Shown here in pieces: positions 62,401 to 64,000 of a stretch of 64,000 nucleotides of DNA. The stretch covers positions 744,001 through 808,000 of the forward strand of contig JBNJNM010000013.1 of assembly GCA_052426225.1 (NCBI GenBank), read 5' to 3'. A program made the translations under genes and the position numbers. Source of the stretch: Zancudomyces culisetae HAW-14-8. Taxonomy: Eukaryota; Fungi; Kickxellomycota. The notes under the pieces were generated by a model, which searched no databases, was not told the origin of the DNA, and saw only the letters and a program-made list of their open reading frames with translations. Positions within the stretch are counted from its first letter, which is position 1. Every line of letters starts with the position of its first letter.

Positions 62401-64000
62401 ATGCAGCAGATGCAGAGCCAGTGGTACTGAGCCGAGCAGAGAACCGATGGGTTCCTCAAGCACTTTCGGGACGCAAGGCAACAAATATTACACCAGCATC
62501 GGATCCATCAGAAATTTCCGATTCGTTTATTGAACACAAGATCAAATCGCTTCTTAATATTTTGACAGTAGACAACTTTGGAGTGATTTCAAAGGATATT
62601 TTGGAATGGGCATTGGTTTCGCAAAAGGAAAGTGATGCTAGAGCCATTCGAATCATTTTGATTTTGTTGTTTGAAAAGGCAGTCGATGAGCCTGTCTTTG
62701 CTGCCATGTATGCCAAACTGACCAAGCTGTTACATGACAACATGCCAAACACTGTTAAATACTACGAGAATCCAGACGACGAAAATGCTGCAGCTGTTGT
62801 GGGTACTATGGTTGTACGAAAAGTACTGCTCAATAGATGCCAGCAAGAGTTTGAGGCTGGTTGGAAAGTCGAAATTCCCGGCGACATCAAGTCTGAAGAA
62901 TACTACGTGGCCATGAAGATCAAGCGTCGCGGTCTTGGTCTGGTTCGCTTTGTTGGTGAATTGTATTTGCTGGGAATCATTTCCATCCGTTTGTTGGGCA
63001 GATGCATTGAAACTCTGCTGGAAAACGATACCGAAGAAGACTTGGAATCTCTTTCCCGTCTGCTGACTACTGTCGGTGGCCGTATGGAAGGCGACAAACA
63101 TTCCGAAAGCTTGAATCACGTGATGAAACGCCTTGAAGAAATTGCCGCTGATCGTAATGTCAATTCTCGTATTCGCTTTATGTTGATGGATGTAATTGAC
63201 CTGCGTCGTGCCAATTGGATAGTTAAGGAGTTGGGTCCCAAGACCATTGCCCAAGTCCATGCCGATGTCAGTAAAGAGCGTTCTGTCATTGAATCTGAAC
63301 TGCGACGCGGCAACTCCAGCTCTGGTCGTGGCTTGCATTCTTCTTCATCTCGTCAAAACATGAATGCCAACAACAATCCTCGTTCTTCAGCCTATGACAA
63401 ATCCAGAAGAGACCTTCCTTCTTCCCGCAATCCTGCCGACTACTCTAAATTCGGCAATTTGTCTCGCACTACTTTCTCCAACACTTTTGCTCCTGGCGGT
63501 GTTTTCAACTCCTCCAACCAATCTGCTCGCTCCTCTGCCAAGAAAGATGACCGTTCCAAACGTGATTCTCAAAAGCCTTTGCCTCGTATGTCTACCTCTC
63601 TATTGTCTGCAAACTTGGCCTCTTCATCATCTTCTAAGAGATCTCCTGCTGGTTTAACCACTCCTTCTTCTGCTTCTCCTTATTCTGCTCGTTCCGATGG
63701 CCTATCCAAACCTCGTTCTGGTATCAACTCTTTCAGTGCTTTATTAGATCATTCTGAAGATACTGATCATCTCAACTTTGGTACTTCTCCTTCTGCCTCT
63801 GGCATTGCTGATAATTCCGTCAAATCTCCAATCTCTCCAACGACCACTTCTTCAAAATCATCTTCAAATGTTGATGATAACTTACCTTTGCTTTCTGATG
63901 CCGATATTTCTCGTAAATCTAAAGGCATGATCAATGAGTACCTGCAACTCCAAGATCTTAATGAACTACGCGAATGTCTGTTAGAATTGGGTTCCAAGAA
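59415..64000 (+). CDS. EIF4G: Translation initiation factor eIF4G (Tif4631/Tif471-like), 3' truncated by the window end
   Basis: One frame from the ATG at 59415 to the window end, spot-checked by hand. It carries a Q/P-rich N-terminus, an EEKV-rich tract, YPIEFLQTF (4E-binding site), RGG-rich region, MIF4G (KIKSLLNILTVDNF, LFEKAVDEPVFAAMYAKL, LLNRCQQEFE, KRRGLGLVRFVGELY) and the start of an MA3 domain (SKGMINEYLQLQDLNELRECLLEL). Confidence 0.95.
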   Translation, partial: MNRKLTQQGQTQAIDTNKGFSQRKQHREYVPKEAATSVSYANLAARAPNKAPTNGVSATIGQKANKSGKTADEGSRDAEVAIKLPEVDRVPSPLKGVMFGSWGKKIEKEDSTIRGGKGVEELSGAVPKLLPKLLSKPIFGNREAVETRPVPIPGIMATAQESKAAGEGVKFPEQSNYGAKDNVASAGYNRARGNRQVAGTGAAAGQQQQQQHYKQPRAGVQGSEEGGHHGKVNVSSGNVSVSGSGSGRQEGVEGQELQSNANVNSRHSPYMTATAPLSSFAHADGRTANSAGGFHSPAVQHGEQQGYNGGYGSPVVQAQANIGVRGQQNAHHGPGTMGFIPMISSGRDKQGGQINPMSTQAGGQVAAVQYPVAGANHVHVLTNMQPPHGPMVAPIPTGPPGIGQQFQPWGPGGFYQGGHIAGTAPVAGYESQYYQTAGIPQSHIGFAPQGQYMMPRMSGQGHPTHGISQQGMVFGAGVEPGTHMPSMPMPQAQHQHHQQHHQQPVVGSTPPSVPQLPYGQPRISQVGSDFKPPHSSRLKIINPQTKQEVQVHKAGATNAATSNDATSLTSTPIISATVPTPSTPSVAVATGTAATPTATPATGVVGGAQKSVDDIIPIKTPVIPNAYQSQKSQPIPIPISIPQPQQPEILGHFNKDNTFTLPSANKKIIAIRAPTEATTTPTVTPPLTAAAAAALKATATPPVQTQTPVPAPVVVAVKTEEKEKEKEKIKPAAPVVPVAQPPQSEKKEIVEELPKQEKVEEVVEKEKVEEKVKEEKVEEEKVKEKVEEKVKEKVEEKVVEKVEEKEIVEEKVEKEEKVEEEEEEEGEEVDIHEASGKIKLGLKTILNKTYPDEEAQKHKPELRNGVLVYPIEFLQTFRKICKVKVGEFTFELGGQEDGRGQKDNKRPSNRNRSEMGRGGGGGGPSQRQQPPVDSNFKQPPRTSEERFQHSSSNHSTRPSQGMGARSGGGGGGGGRSSRSGRGPRGFRSTGGRGNANAADAEPVVLSRAENRWVPQALSGRKATNITPASDPSEISDSFIEHKIKSLLNILTVDNFGVISKDILEWALVSQKESDARAIRIILILLFEKAVDEPVFAAMYAKLTKLLHDNMPNTVKYYENPDDENAAAVVGTMVVRKVLLNRCQQEFEAGWKVEIPGDIKSEEYYVAMKIKRRGLGLVRFVGELYLLGIISIRLLGRCIETLLENDTEEDLESLSRLLTTVGGRMEGDKHSESLNHVMKRLEEIAADRNVNSRIRFMLMDVIDLRRANWIVKELGPKTIAQVHADVSKERSVIESELRRGNSSSGRGLHSSSSRQNMNANNNPRSSAYDKSRRDLPSSRNPADYSKFGNLSRTTFSNTFAPGGVFNSSNQSARSSAKKDDRSKRDSQKPLPRMSTSLLSANLASSSSSKRSPAGLTTPSSASPYSARSDGLSKPRSGINSFSALLDHSEDTDHLNFGTSPSASGIADNSVKSPISPTTTSSKSSSNVDDNLPLLSDADISRKSKGMINEYLQLQDLNELRECLLELGSK

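Noticed and set aside
59304-63997. Numerous minus-strand and off-frame ORFs over eIF4G (e.g. 62730-63338, 202 aa)
   Set aside because: Antisense shadows of a biased-codon CDS with no independent protein signal.

Overview
AT-rich, gene-dense eukaryotic DNA with short GT-AG introns. The gene set (Crh GH16, Urc4, Iml1, Faa) is fungal. Retention of Integrator INTS4 and a GPR107/108-type protein points to an early-diverging fungus; Harpellales/Kickxellomycotina is a guess and cannot be proven from this window. About 17 protein-coding genes are present, in order: a frame-split rhodanese+PTP gene running off the left edge whose catalytic motifs are all degenerate, a KCTD-type BTB protein, Tcp11/Sok1, PRP40, INTS4, RIX1, a Tim44-like/MAIP1-like protein, a CoA Nudix hydrolase, URC4, a single-domain rhodanese, an acyl-CoA synthetase, a Crh2/Utr2 GH16, a VIP36-like lectin, an intron-rich GPR107/108-like gene with a probable GC-AG intron, a giant ~4,200-aa IML1/DEPDC5, a TFIIIC tau60-like subunit and eIF4G running off the right edge. 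The PTP domain and eIF4G are absent from the ORF track because neither has an in-window stop; I translated them by hand. The most notable observations are the Ptp2/Pyp1-architecture pseudophosphatase with an internal frameshift, the fungal INTS4, the giant Iml1, a possible periodic fold-back upstream of eIF4G and a sharp codon-usage switch inside eIF4G. No tRNA, rRNA, CRISPR array or convincing mobile element was seen. All family calls are from motif recognition by eye, with no database searches.
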